Assembly: GCF_964204645.1 (NCBI RefSeq)
Contig: NC_134029.1
Span: forward strand, 1,550,001-1,614,000
Direction of reading: 5' to 3'
Length of the DNA stretch: 64,000 bases
Origin: Tubulanus polymorphus
Lineage: Eukaryota; Animalia; Nemertea
The notes under the pieces were generated by a model. That model saw nothing but the letters and a program-made list of their open reading frames with translations. It was not told the origin of the DNA and made no database searches. Position 1 is the first letter of the stretch. Each line of letters opens with the position of its first letter. Made by a program: the position numbers and the translations under genes. This document shows positions 50,101-62,259 of this stretch, piece by piece.

Positions 50101-53100
50101 TCATAGCTTTGAGGATAGTTATAGTTTAGATAGATGTTGATATGATACGACTGAATTTATCAGGTTTGATAAATACCATACAGCTGGATGCACAGGCCAT
50201 CATGTTTCAGTTTGATACTATAATCTATATGGTAAGAATTCGCTGCTATATAGGACTCGTGAACTCATCGTTATTATAGAATAAACCTTAATACGAATCA
50301 ATGTATTTGGACGATAAACGAAGCCAAAGTGAAATATTTTTCATCTGGAACACTTTCAAATATATATTCTATGTTATATATCCAAGAAATTTCGTACGTA
50401 ATCTATATTCGAAGGAGAGAAATATTCGGAATCTTACAAATTTGAGATATACAATTTAACGTCTTCTAATAGGAGTGATAAGCGTCGTACAGCTAGATGC
50501 GCAGTCTATTCTATTTCAAGTTGCTACATTGACGTGGATGGTACGTATACCATGCATACCTGATCCGGGGTACATTTCACGGAATCACTTCAATCTAATT
50601 AGTTATATGATTACAATATGAGATTTAAATGATATTTCATTGATGTATATCACAGTCTGTGAAACGGCCCCTGTGGTCTATTCGCTTATCGTCCATATAC
50701 CATGCATCCTTTTGATTTACAAATTAATCATAAAACATGGATTCCATTTGTAACAAAACTAAAATACTATTTAGTCAAATCTGAGTAGTGGGATTACTAC
50801 ATCAATGAAATTGTGATTTCAAGTGATTCATATTTATTATATTTCACACTAAATCTTGATTAATTATTTCTCTAATTGATTCTTCTGTTTTCGTTATTCT
50901 AATTGAAGCCAAACTTGCTACGTATTTATCTATGAATTATTTGTCAGAAATCCTCCTCTCCCATGTATCGTATATTATCAGCCCTGATTTATATAATTTC
51001 AGATACCACTTGGATTTTCTATATCTACCAGTATTAGAATTGGCCAGTTTCTCGGAAAAGGCGATGCGTTATCTGCCAAACGAGCTGGACGAACCGCTGT
51101 CTCAATCGTATGTGAGTTGCCCGTTTATCCTTTGATTCGTTATCTTCAGTTTTATTAATAAAGGAAAACTCACATTTACAAATCCTGACCTTTATTTTTT
51201 AGGTATAACTGCTACAATAATGAGTATTGTTGTAATAAGTCTTCGAAATGAATTACCGAAGATCTTTACTGACGATAGGTACAACTCATACCCTTCGATC
51301 ATCAACCTATACAAGTTCTATAGAATGGACACTCACAATTTTTACAACGTTGAATTTTTCAGTGAGGTGATAGACTATTCGGCTAATGTACTGATGCCTG
51401 TTGTAGCCTCGTATTTGATATTGGACAGTATACAGGTAAGTCCGATGCTTCTAGTTGTTAACCCTTTGACTACCAGCAGTTCCAACAAATGGTATATTGT
51501 CATATTTACAGGGAGTTTGTGCTGGAATATTGCGTGGTTGTGGAAGGCAACAAATCGGAGCCGTATTCATCTTCATAACATATTGTGTTATTGCATTACC
51601 AACAGGCATCCCTCTCATGTTCCTAACTGATCTACAATCTCAAGGTTTGTAAATCAGGCGTTTAAAATTTCATCGCTACAACGTTAGAGTGTTTCATCAA
51701 TGGTTACCTGCATTTATTCCAATTTTTCATATTCTCTAGGAATTTGGATCGGTTTAAATATCGGATTGTTCGTAGAAACTTGTAGTTTTGCAATACTCAT
51801 TATTCGAACTGACTGGGATTATTTCGTCATAAAAGTACGTGTGTGATTTGTATTGTAATTCACTTTCCGCTAATAAAAGTAAAGTGTGAATCAGAAATTA
51901 GCGAATCAGTAATGAGTGAATCTGGTAATGAGTGAATCAGTGATCCGATATGACTGTTAATATTACAGGCCCAGGAAATAGCTGGAACTAAAGAGGTGTC
52001 AAACTCTGCACTTAAAAGAGAAAATCCTAGACCGGATGAAACTACGGGTAAATATATCACATCAGATCTCACGATTGAAAGTTTTCGATGCTATTGACTT
52101 TCAGCAAGAATGTTTGATTATACAGGTATATACAGAAGTTGATTAAGTGTATAGTTGTAATATTAAGAACTAATTGCGTTAGGAGTTTCTTAGTATTTTG
52201 ATATCAGGTAAATCAATTTTCATAGAAATCCCTCGATGACATCAGTGGATATAGATGAAAATGTGTTGAAAAATAACCAGGCACGGGCTACATCGTATCT
52301 AAATAAAGAGTCTAATATCAGCAGCCCACAAGTTTCGCTGACCCATATTGCGCTATCAATGACAAGCGACTGTGGTGACCGATGATAGGCACCGACTACG
52401 AATGACCATACAATCGTCTAATACACGCTTTCCCGTGTATTATCATCCAATGATAAATTCAATTTTGAAAGTAAAAGCTTTAGTTCAAATACTTCTCAAA
52501 CTTTTCAAAGTCTTCTTTACTTATATGACCAGGTTCACGCTGAAAAATGTCTATGATCCAGTTTTGAATACAAACGTATATGTCTATTGAAGAAATGTGA
52601 ATTCTATTTCGACACACTATTATCTTGAATGATAACTCCACAGCTATATTCTTGTTATGTGTTCACATCGATTTTCCACTAGCTAAAATGAAACGCTGAA
52701 TAGACTTGTGATGATTCCATCGGGACGTTTAATAAAACTGAAATGAATTTTCATTTTACATGTCGACCAATGGTAAAGTTGGTAAACTATACAATCCTCA
52801 CTAGTGAAGTCATTAATTAAATCAAGGTGATATTCAAGTCATTGTGAATTCTGCACCAGATGAATTCGTCTGTCACGGAGACGGTCGCAGTCGTATTTCC
52901 CGCCTATGTTTCATCCATAGTTCTCACGAGTATCTCGAATCGACCCGGAAGTCCGAGTATTTGGCTGGTCACATCTATCATTATATTCGTATTAGGAGCT
53001 GTTGGAAATATTCTAAGTTTTTTAATAATGACGAGCAGTAAACGATTCAGACACTTGTCTTATTCGAATTATCTAGCCGTGTTAGCTATTACCGACTGCG

Positions 53101-54716
53101 GAACGTCAATCGGGTTTTGCCTATTACCAGTTGTGTATTATGTATCTATGACTAGGGGCGACAGAACCTCAGCTGTCGATCTATCCAATTTGGCTCTTTG
53201 TTCACTTTACGAATTCTGTTTTTCGTTGTGCGTGTTTTGCAGTTCGTGGCTGGTAGTTGTGATCGGGTTCGAGCGACAAATAGTCGTGTTGTTCCCATTT
53301 GCCGCCCGAAAAATCTGCACGCCCAAAATGGCGCGCATTATAGTCATTGCACTGGTGTTGATCAACTGTGGGGCTTGTAGCCTTCAGAGTGTTATTTTCA
53401 TGCGTTATTCCGTACGCGATGGATGCCACTATTCAGAATTCAGCCACAACTTCATCGTCTTTGTTTTCGGGGCAATCTACCTATTCGGTGCCCCGATAAT
53501 AGTGACGGCAGTTTTTAACTTGACGATTATCATAAAATTAGTCGCAAATCGTAATTTTGGTACGAATACCAACGTTGGAAGTAAGTCGGCCAAAACACGC
53601 CAGACGACTATAATGTTAGTAACGGTCACCGGGGCGTTTATTGTTACTACCTTGCCATCTACACTGACGTCATTGATTCCGATGCCCAGCAACCTTCAGG
53701 GGAATCTTCACGCCGTACTTTCACTTCTGCAAAGCTGTAATTACAGCATGAATTTCTACATATATCTTTTACTGGGGAAGGAAGTCAGAGCCGTTTTCGT
53801 GAATTTCTTTAGAAAAAAAGAATAGAAATATATATATGATAAAATGGAGTAAAAAGGCCACGTCATCATGCGGTTCGCCTACGATTTCACGGATGATTTT
53901 GTTCGAAAAAAGACCTGGGAGATTCACGGAACATGAGTTGTCGATGTTGCTTCTTGACAAACTGTATTATTCACATTAAACAACGTACCCTAACACAGAA
54001 ATGTATGGAGTAAATTTCCCTTAGTTTCTTTCAGTAAATTGTAGTGTGAATAAGATAATAATAATACTGATAAAAACAGCTGCAAAGCAGCGATGACAGC
54101 TTTCTGCCTTGCTGGTTTAAATGTCTAAGAAGCGTAAAAAGTCTTTGTTAAAACCATGGATGGCATTTTTTCCTACTGTCATAATCACTGGTGGCATTTT
54201 TACCGGTAGTATTTCTGCCGAATCACCAAAGATAGCATAGGCGAACAGCCGTTACGGTTTATCGGTTTAGGCACAGAATAAACGGAAATGAAGTCAAAAA
54301 TTAAACCGGATAAAGCGGATGTATTTTAAGACAGTGTAGCTTCTTTTGATTTTAGATAGACCGGTATCGGTTTTGGTCGAGTCTGCTGTATTATATTTCA
54401 GTTTTCTTTGATTTCGATTTTTTCAGGGTTATTGACCGAAGGTAACGACGCTGGCATTTACAATCCCAACTACGAACAAAAGTTCGAACGGAAAATATCA
54501 CGTGGGTTTACCCGTAAACAAAGCGTCGTTATAAACTACTCGGAGAATCGGTTGACAACTCAGGAGTTGATATGTCGCCGTGGTTTGTTGCTGATCATTT
54601 TACTAGTCGTATTAGCTATTGGAGTTTATTTACACATCGTATTCCCAGTCGAGTGTGTACAGCCTTTCTCAAACGGAACTTACCCCGATTCTATATTTCC
54701 TCATTGTCTAAGTTAA
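47149..54716 (+). CDS. MATE / SLC47A multidrug and toxin extrusion transporter, ~19 exons; alternative exons 50164-50231 or 50473-50540; last exon 54427-54716
   Basis: ELGGAALANT, ADTLFSQTYGS, IAIPGLLMIFIEWGSFEVG, IRIGQFLG, GILRGCGRQQIG, TM13 ELICRRGLLL as in animal MATE1; the first exons are less certain. Confidence 0.92.
52860..53825 (+). CDS. Intronless class A GPCR nested on the same strand in the last MATE intron
   Basis: GAVGN, YLAVLAITD, GFERQ (DRY variant), TTLP, NYSMNFYIY; 7 TM. Confidence 0.9.
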   Translation: MNSSVTETVAVVFPAYVSSIVLTSISNRPGSPSIWLVTSIIIFVLGAVGNILSFLIMTSSKRFRHLSYSNYLAVLAITDCGTSIGFCLLPVVYYVSMTRGDRTSAVDLSNLALCSLYEFCFSLCVFCSSWLVVVIGFERQIVVLFPFAARKICTPKMARIIVIALVLINCGACSLQSVIFMRYSVRDGCHYSEFSHNFIVFVFGAIYLFGAPIIVTAVFNLTIIIKLVANRNFGTNTNVGSKSAKTRQTTIMLVTVTGAFIVTTLPSTLTSLIPMPSNLQGNLHAVLSLLQSCNYSMNFYIYLLLGKEVRAVFVNFFRKKE

Positions 54717-56999
54717 GATCGTTCTCAAGCGGCCGCTTCATCCGATTGCATAAAGAAGATGTATTTTCGTTATAATAAATTATCATTTGCAATGAACTGT
54801 TTTTAATAGTTGTTCTCTGTGTTTGAGATACGGGATCCCTGGCTCGACACTTGAGGTTTAAGGCGAAACTTTGTCACCGGGTTGAATTGAAAATGACAAT
54901 TTCCTGTTCCGGATCATCCAGTCGCGCTTGAAGCCAAGGTTTCAGGCTGTGGGGTTAGATTCCCGATACAGGTCTGGCGTTGTCCGCGAACGCTTCGAAT
55001 TGCATTGTAAGGCTATGAAAATATTCATTCAGTTAAAAAATGCAGGTTTTCGAGTTGATTTCATCGCGATTCTATTTTTCTATGTCTGAAATAATTGGTC
55101 GAATTTATGAACTACACGCTGACAAAATGTCTTGTTAGTAGTTTTTTTCCAATTGATAATACTGCAGATGATGTCCTCCTCAACACATGTGAAATGTGCC
55201 GATAAAATCCTTTCCAATTGAAAATATATCTCCAAGTCACAAGTGAAGTGTGGACGAAACTTGAAGAACGTCGTCGATGTATAAGCAGCATATAGATTGC
55301 ATTAATACAAACCACGATAGCATAAAACGTACACTAAATTTTTTCTTACAATTAACAGTGAATTTTATTACATGCAATTTTACAAAGCCACAAGTATCCA
55401 TAGTTCATCCTTCAAATAATAAATCCTGATCATACTGAGGCCTTACCGATATCACTGTTTCATTTCATACGATCGTGAAAAATGCCCAAATATATCACAA
55501 TATCTATGGTGGACCTGATGAGACACATCGAATTGTTATATTACAATAAAGTGATCCAGAATCTTTATAAAATAACTGAAATCTCTAATATTTACATGGA
55601 TTTTTCTAATCTTTCTTTCGAACTTGTTTCATTTTCTTGTGAACCTTCACAGGATGTTTCCTGTATCGAAGACACCCTTTTACTATTTACACTATGCTAC
55701 AAAAACCATATATTTTACAAAAAAGCACCTTTTTTCCAGTTAAATGTATTCAATTCACTACAGAAAAATGTGTTACATACAAATTTCATTGAAATGTTTG
55801 TAATAATTCACACAAAGCCATTTTTCTTAAAGTCTGTGTCGGGTAATAATTTAGTTATATACACAGGAATTAGCGTTATAAGACATATTCACTTCTGCAG
55901 TCTATTGTTTATCTGTAACTAGTAAAGTTCAACTGGGTTCAGTTTCATTAAAACGATAAAGCTTAAAGCTGTTAAGTTTGAATTGTAATCCCAATTGAAA
56001 ATATGAAGCAACCAACAGCAATTAAAGCAAAAATTTTGAGTTTTTATGAAATATTACCCTTGTCTGTTTGTAAAGATGAACCGATCAACTAATTCCATTT
56101 TTCAGAAGGTAAAAATCTAATCATGTATCTATAATAGGAAAGAATGACGGGTATTTTAACCCCTGCTGCCTATTGCGTCACCTATTGAACAAACTTTGAA
56201 ATCATACATCACATTTCTGATATCTCATTGCAATGAAATTATGCTCATAAAGAAATATTTTGGTGGAATCTGTGAAAGTGGGTGAAAGGATTTCTGATAA
56301 AACCAGGCACTTCGTCTTACAACATAAAATAAATATAGCTATTTACAATCATACATTTCATTTACAATTCAAACGCATTTGGATCAGCGTTTTCTATCAC
56401 AACTTTATCAATATAACAGGGTGAAATATGTATCCCCAAGTGAAAAGAACAAAAATTCATTCATGTATGTAAGAACATCTCGGTTATGTTTCTATCTAAT
56501 CAATACCTATTCATCTGAATAAATTAGGATGGAAAATTCCATCGTATCCAAGAAATAATCCTAGAAATTACAACCAATACTTTAGTTATAGACTGTTTGA
56601 AATATGAATAGCTTTATAGATTGAAATGGTTCCTAGAATTTAAAACATAACTAAGAAAAGACATTTAAATATTACAAAAAAACTGGATGAGAATTAGAAT
56701 CAGAATATATCATTAATACAGTGTTAAACAAAACATCATACATTTTTCAATGATTTGAATTGTCTAGATTAAATAAATGATTACGAATGTATCAATAATA
56801 ATGACAATGGATTAGTTAAAATAATTTAGTTTATAGCGAAGATAATAAACAATCACTTTAATTAACTTGAAAGAGTATCTCACTGTAAAACGATAAAAGG
56901 CAAATTAATGAAAAGTGCACTTCATTGCAGCAATAGTTCGTATAAATTAAGGGCACAAATAGTTGTATTTCCGCGAATTCAGACTTTAATACGTCGCCT

Positions 57000-59543
57000 T
57001 CAGTTCACTTGTAATTTCTGATAGTTTTTCACTAAATCCAGAACTTTACGATTGTTACATGAAGATGAATCAGTGGGTTCCAGGTTACTGGGAATAGGTT
57101 TCGGTACCGATGAAATCTGAAATTAAAAAATACATAAAGACACGATATGAGAATTTCAGCACGTGCGTGAATATTACAGTTATCAGGACCCTGCAGTCCA
57201 GATTTGACTCTTGGAGCTAAAAAACTGGAAATGAACTGATTTCAACTGTTGAGTAACCTACAACTATAGAACTGGTCAAGGATCCAGTTACACAGCCATA
57301 GTTCATGCCTTACACTAGATTTAAAGAAAATTTTAGTTCTATATTCAATCTAACAATTTGAGACCAGTCTTTAAGATCACTTTTGGACTTGAATCTCAAC
57401 TATGCAACGGGGCCCAAAATTCAGTTCTGCAGTTGTGAGTTAAAATTAGTTCAATGAGGTCAAATCCAGACTCATAAGTTTGGAATCGGTCGGGTCGTGG
57501 GGTTTAACCTAAAATGGTTGTTACTTCAATAATCAAACTTATCCAGGTAATTGTCATTTAAAAACGTTTCTTTTTTATGAAAATAAATACGAACCTCTTT
57601 CTTGTCGTCTCTTCTCGTCACTACAGCTGCCGCTGGTTGATTGGTTGTCGACATCATTTGAAATTTTGCTGCTAATTTTGCCGTGGATACTTTCACAGCT
57701 GGAGGAGCTACGGTAGCTGCGGTAGCTGCAGTAGCTGCTGTATTCTCTAATTTCGGTTCGTTCTGTAAAGAATCCGTTATCATCTCATCTCGTCTATTGG
57801 TGCTGGGTTGTTTTTTACGAGCGAGCGCGATCCACGACGGTTCATTGTTGTTATTATTTCCCGATTCGACGCTGAACGATGATTTCGTCGTCGTCGGTTT
57901 ATTATCGATTTGATTCGTCGGTGATGATTTAACGACAGGGGGCGCCGCGGCGGTTGCAGGTCCGGAGAAACTCTTAGGTCTATCAGTCAGTTCCGGTTCG
58001 ACGTCTGGGTTTACCGGTACAGTTTTAGATCGAGGCTTTTCGATCGGTTGAGCCGCTATTTGACGTTCTTGCTGAAAACAAGCGGGTAACCCAATTTTAC
58101 GTATCGGTCGTTTAGGCTCATCGATGACGGACTCGGAATCGGTCTCTATTTTATTGTCCGTAGCTTTCACGAACTGATTGTGATTTTTCGCTATTTTCTC
58201 CGTGTTTTTGTTGTTATTTGATTCATCCATTTTTTCCACAGATTCTCTCGCGGCAGGAGGAGGAGGAGGAGTCGTTGTCATTGTTTTCTCATCCTCAGGA
58301 TTTCTCTTTTCCTCCAGTGATCTACTCATGAATACACTGTCATCCAGTGAAGCGTCTTGTGTTATTTTAGCCGTTGATGTCACCGTCGCGCTCCCAGTCT
58401 CTTCATCTAATGTATCCAAATTAGATTGAGACAACTGAAAAATAGAGTTTAGACATTTAACAAATCTCTCTGATTAAAGAAAAAATATGCATTATAAAAT
58501 TATAAATTTCTGATAAGTATCACTGCTTGATGCACTGGAAATCATAATAGTATAAGATTTTTCAAACATGATCCGAGACTGACTGAACCAGACTAGAGTT
58601 GAGACAATTTACTGAGTAATAACAGCAACCGTATATTTTATAGTTAGGATCTTTGGGCAGCTACGGGATCTAGGAATATTGGATGGCGAGGGTCTTCTGG
58701 GTATAAAGCAGTCGTGTCGAAGGCTGCAAGCGGGATTCCGCCGCCTCAGTGTTTGAAATCTTTGCAGAAAAACATTAAAAAAACGATAAAATTTCTGAGA
58801 GGATGAGTCTCGCATATCACTGTCATCATGACAAATAGGGCAATGAGCTCAATGGGAAGGCTGGAGTCCGACGCTCTCGAATCACCCCCTAGATCGCTTC
58901 CTGTTTACACAAGTGAACAATACTTACAGAAGCTGCTCTTCTCATGTTACTCGATTTACGACGTGATTTCGGTCGAACTTGTATTTTATGTCTGAGTATT
59001 GAACTATCCAAACTTTCTGAAAGTTCGATGCCTTCAAAATCTGACGAATCTATAATCGATAAAACAAAATCAATGTTACTCATAAGACCCATACGTTCTT
59101 AAATCATCTAAATCTTGACTGAGCAACGGGCTGCTGGGTCCAGAATGATATCTCGAAGTCAGAATGATATCTCGTGCCATAGAAGTTCAAAACTCACCGA
59201 CAGAAGACATAGATTGAGATTTAGATTTGCGGTTGAATCCTGATTGTTGTCGACTAGTTAAATCGTATTCCATCTCTGAACTATTTACACTATTCAAACT
59301 TTCACAACCAGATTCATTTCGTCTTGACTGTAATTGAAAGAAAGAAAAACCGTGTAAACTTTGCGTATACCGTGGTAAGTATGAGTATATAGGAATTAGT
59401 AAGGTTGACTGTACCATGGTTATAGCGTGTTCGATGTAACTGTTATCAGCTGTAGGGGTACTCGACGTTGGACTTTGCGGATAACCATCATCCTCTTCAG
59501 ACTGTGAACTGTTTCGATTCTTAATCTTCTTGAATAATTCATC
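57000..59543 (-). CDS. 3' part of a CRACD/KIAA1211-like (DUF4592) actin-capping regulator; exons approx. 59543-59415, 59330-59197, 59050-58928, 58434-57595, 57117-57000; 5' exons not found in window
   Basis: SEEDDGYPQSP; LDSSILRHKIQVRPKSRR (DUF4592-like); EPSWIALARKKQ; long low-complexity exon. Confidence 0.65.
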
Positions 59544-60889
59544 CTAGAAATAGAACCAAAAACAAACTCATCAACTGATGGATTATCGTCACATACATTG
59601 CTTCAGTCGTCACTATTTTCAGTCCTACAATTTGCGTATCAATTTATAGCGATCAATCCTACAGTTCAAACTTAACCGCGATCTATTCAACCGATTCTGA
59701 TATCTACCGTCCAACTCGACAAAGACAGAGTTGGCATTTCGAAAAGTCGTCACTGAAATCGTGTCTATTTAAAATTCCCTATTTGTATTTCCAATCTAAT
59801 TTACTAAACGTAAATTGTCAACATAACGATTGCTAGTCCCGACTACAATGACTTAAGCAGCGAGTTTCACTGTGTATCTAATTAATAAGGAGAAGCTACA
59901 TATTAAAATATCTATAACACACACACACATATATATGAAAGGCTCACATGAAACCATCATCATTTCACATTAGTATACCCTAATCAATTGAAAATGTTAC
60001 TGCGGCAAGCGAATGGAATGTGTCCCGATGTTTGTATATAGATTAACCGTGTATTAAGCATTAATCGGATGATAATCTTTTTAATGTCATCTGCTGTTGT
60101 TTTTGTTCGATCAATAATCAATAATTCTATTGATCGGTATCGGTGTATATAGAAATACATGAACAGCGCTGGAGAATAGAGAGCAGTGGAATACATTCCA
60201 ATAACAAACTGAAGCTGTTTTATAGTTTAACATGTCACGTGCAAATAATCTGTAAAAACTACATGATTAGAATGACAGTTCAGTGTGACTGCTGAAAACT
60301 GATCAAATTATACCTGAAATAAACAGCAGATTCATCCACTTTAAGTGTATTCTTTCTATAGAATAATCAGCAGTGACATTTCAGCTTATTTCCCTCACAG
60401 TAACAGTGACAGCGCGATTTACGCAGTGATCGACCAGGGGGCTTCAGAAACTAAAGAATATCTATAATTATCAGCCTAGAAACTCGTAATGAAGCTTGTA
60501 GATGTGATTATACGCTAATGACGCTCGTAGATGTGATGAGACACTAATGAAAAATGAAAGACTGATTGAAAATTGATGAAAAACTGATGAAAATAATTCA
60601 ACGATAAATTGATGAATGATGTTTGATGTTTGATGATGGAAATTGTGCACGGTTGGGTGAGAAGAGAGGAGAGAGAGGCAGGGAGGGAACGAAGAGAGGC
60701 AGAGAGAGAACAGAGAAGAGAGAGAAGAGAGGGAGAGAGGCATAGACAAGATGAATGAGAAGAGTTGGGGGAAGAGAGCCGGTGTTTTATCGAGAGAGAA
60801 TATTTTCTTTTATGCATAGAAATATTAGTCATTGATCAATGAACCATGAACAGCAGTTTTCACTCATCCCTGAGATACACATTAAAACA

Positions 60890-60913
60890 CCAGCACCAGC
60901 AGCAGCACCGGTT

Positions 60914-60940
<27 letters not shown>
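60890..60940. repeat. CAG/GCA microsatellite (similar tract at 63740-63770; GA-rich tract 60660-60740)
   Basis: Directly visible. Confidence 0.85.
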
Positions 60941-60944
<4 letters not shown>

Positions 60945-62239
60945 AAATAAAATCCATTCAGAGAAATATACCATAACAATCATTCATTTCAGACGAAATG
61001 AGATCCAATTTTAGCCATGTAGAAACTACTTTTCACAGTATTGTAGCAGCATATAATAAACTAAAAGCATTCTGAATGACAGACAATTTACAGTAATCCA
61101 TCGCTGGCTTCTTGTCATCATTATCACGATGGTATGAATCCCTGAAGAGAAAGTTGGAAGTGTTTTCTCTGACAAATGATTGACAGTTTTATACATATTT
61201 CAAACTGCGCCACCACAAAGACAACAATGACCTAACAACATCGCACGTGAAATTATCCAGACGATTGCATCATCATCATCATCATCTCCATAGAAACAAA
61301 GAGATTCCTCATAGAAACAAAGCATGTAGTCATAGAAACAAAGATAGTCGCGGATAGTCGTTTATAAGGAGCACAAAAGAACAAAGAGTATTGTGACAAA
61401 TTCGATGATGCTGCGAAACTGCTGTAAAAAAAAACAAGGGCTTTTTGTCGGTTTTCAGTGAAAAAAGAATTATCAACAGCCCGAAGCATTTGAATTCATG
61501 GAATTGAAGCTTTAGTTGTCTGGGGGTTGGGTGGCATCTGTCACTGATAGACTGTAGTCATACAACAGACGTTATATACAAATATATTGAACAGACTTCA
61601 GAGAAATGTCTGGAATTTCCTGATGATCATTTTCTAAACTAACGCATCGAAACGAACAGGATGTTTTTTTGAGAGAATAATATTTACCAATCAATCAGTA
61701 ATGTTAAAAATGATCACGCTTAGCGCTTAATGTCAGTTCTACAATATTGATCAAAGATAAAGTTTATTCAAAATAGAGAATTTTATTCGATATATAACAA
61801 TCACACTGTTGAGATAAGATAAGAATGTATATTATTTCTTTATTTTCCCTAGTCTGATAATATACAGATATTCAACCTCTGACTAAATACAAATACTTCC
61901 CTGAAATTAGTTCTAACACGGAATATAGTATCTAAACAACTGGATCAACAACATAAAACAGCATAATCTAATTCCATTTAAAACTGACTAAAACTTTCCT
62001 GTTTTTCAATTTGTGGGTTTTCTGCAATAGATTATCAAATATAGTAGAATGTTATCAGTGTACATACCTGCTTTATCAGATAATGAACAATATGAAAACT
62101 TCATCTACTGAAATACATATATATATCCCACACCGCTATATAGAATATATCCTGAATTTGATGAGTTAAAACGACTTGTTTTTCTCAGCGTTCTGTTTCC
62201 TTATAACGCACGCAACCAACACTAGCGATTATCATGTGA

Positions 62240-62259
62240 CACGTGGTTACCATAGAAAC
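62240..62259. promoter_or_regulatory. RFX X-box (GTTACC-AT-AGAAAC) abutting an E-box (CACGTG)
   Basis: cacgtggttaccatagaaac matches X-box consensus GYTNYY-AT-RGNAAC. Confidence 0.45.

Noticed and set aside
52844-53825. MATE-GPCR fusion via the CAG before 52860
   Set aside because: A phase-1 join is out of frame with the GPCR and stops at 53041
55482-55922. 146-aa ORF
   Set aside because: AT-rich, no recognisable motif; lies antisense to the probable 3' UTR of the CRACD-like gene
58609-58815. Possible extra CRACD-like exon
   Set aside because: Acceptor phase does not match the flanking phase-0 junction; the phase-0 reading hits a stop
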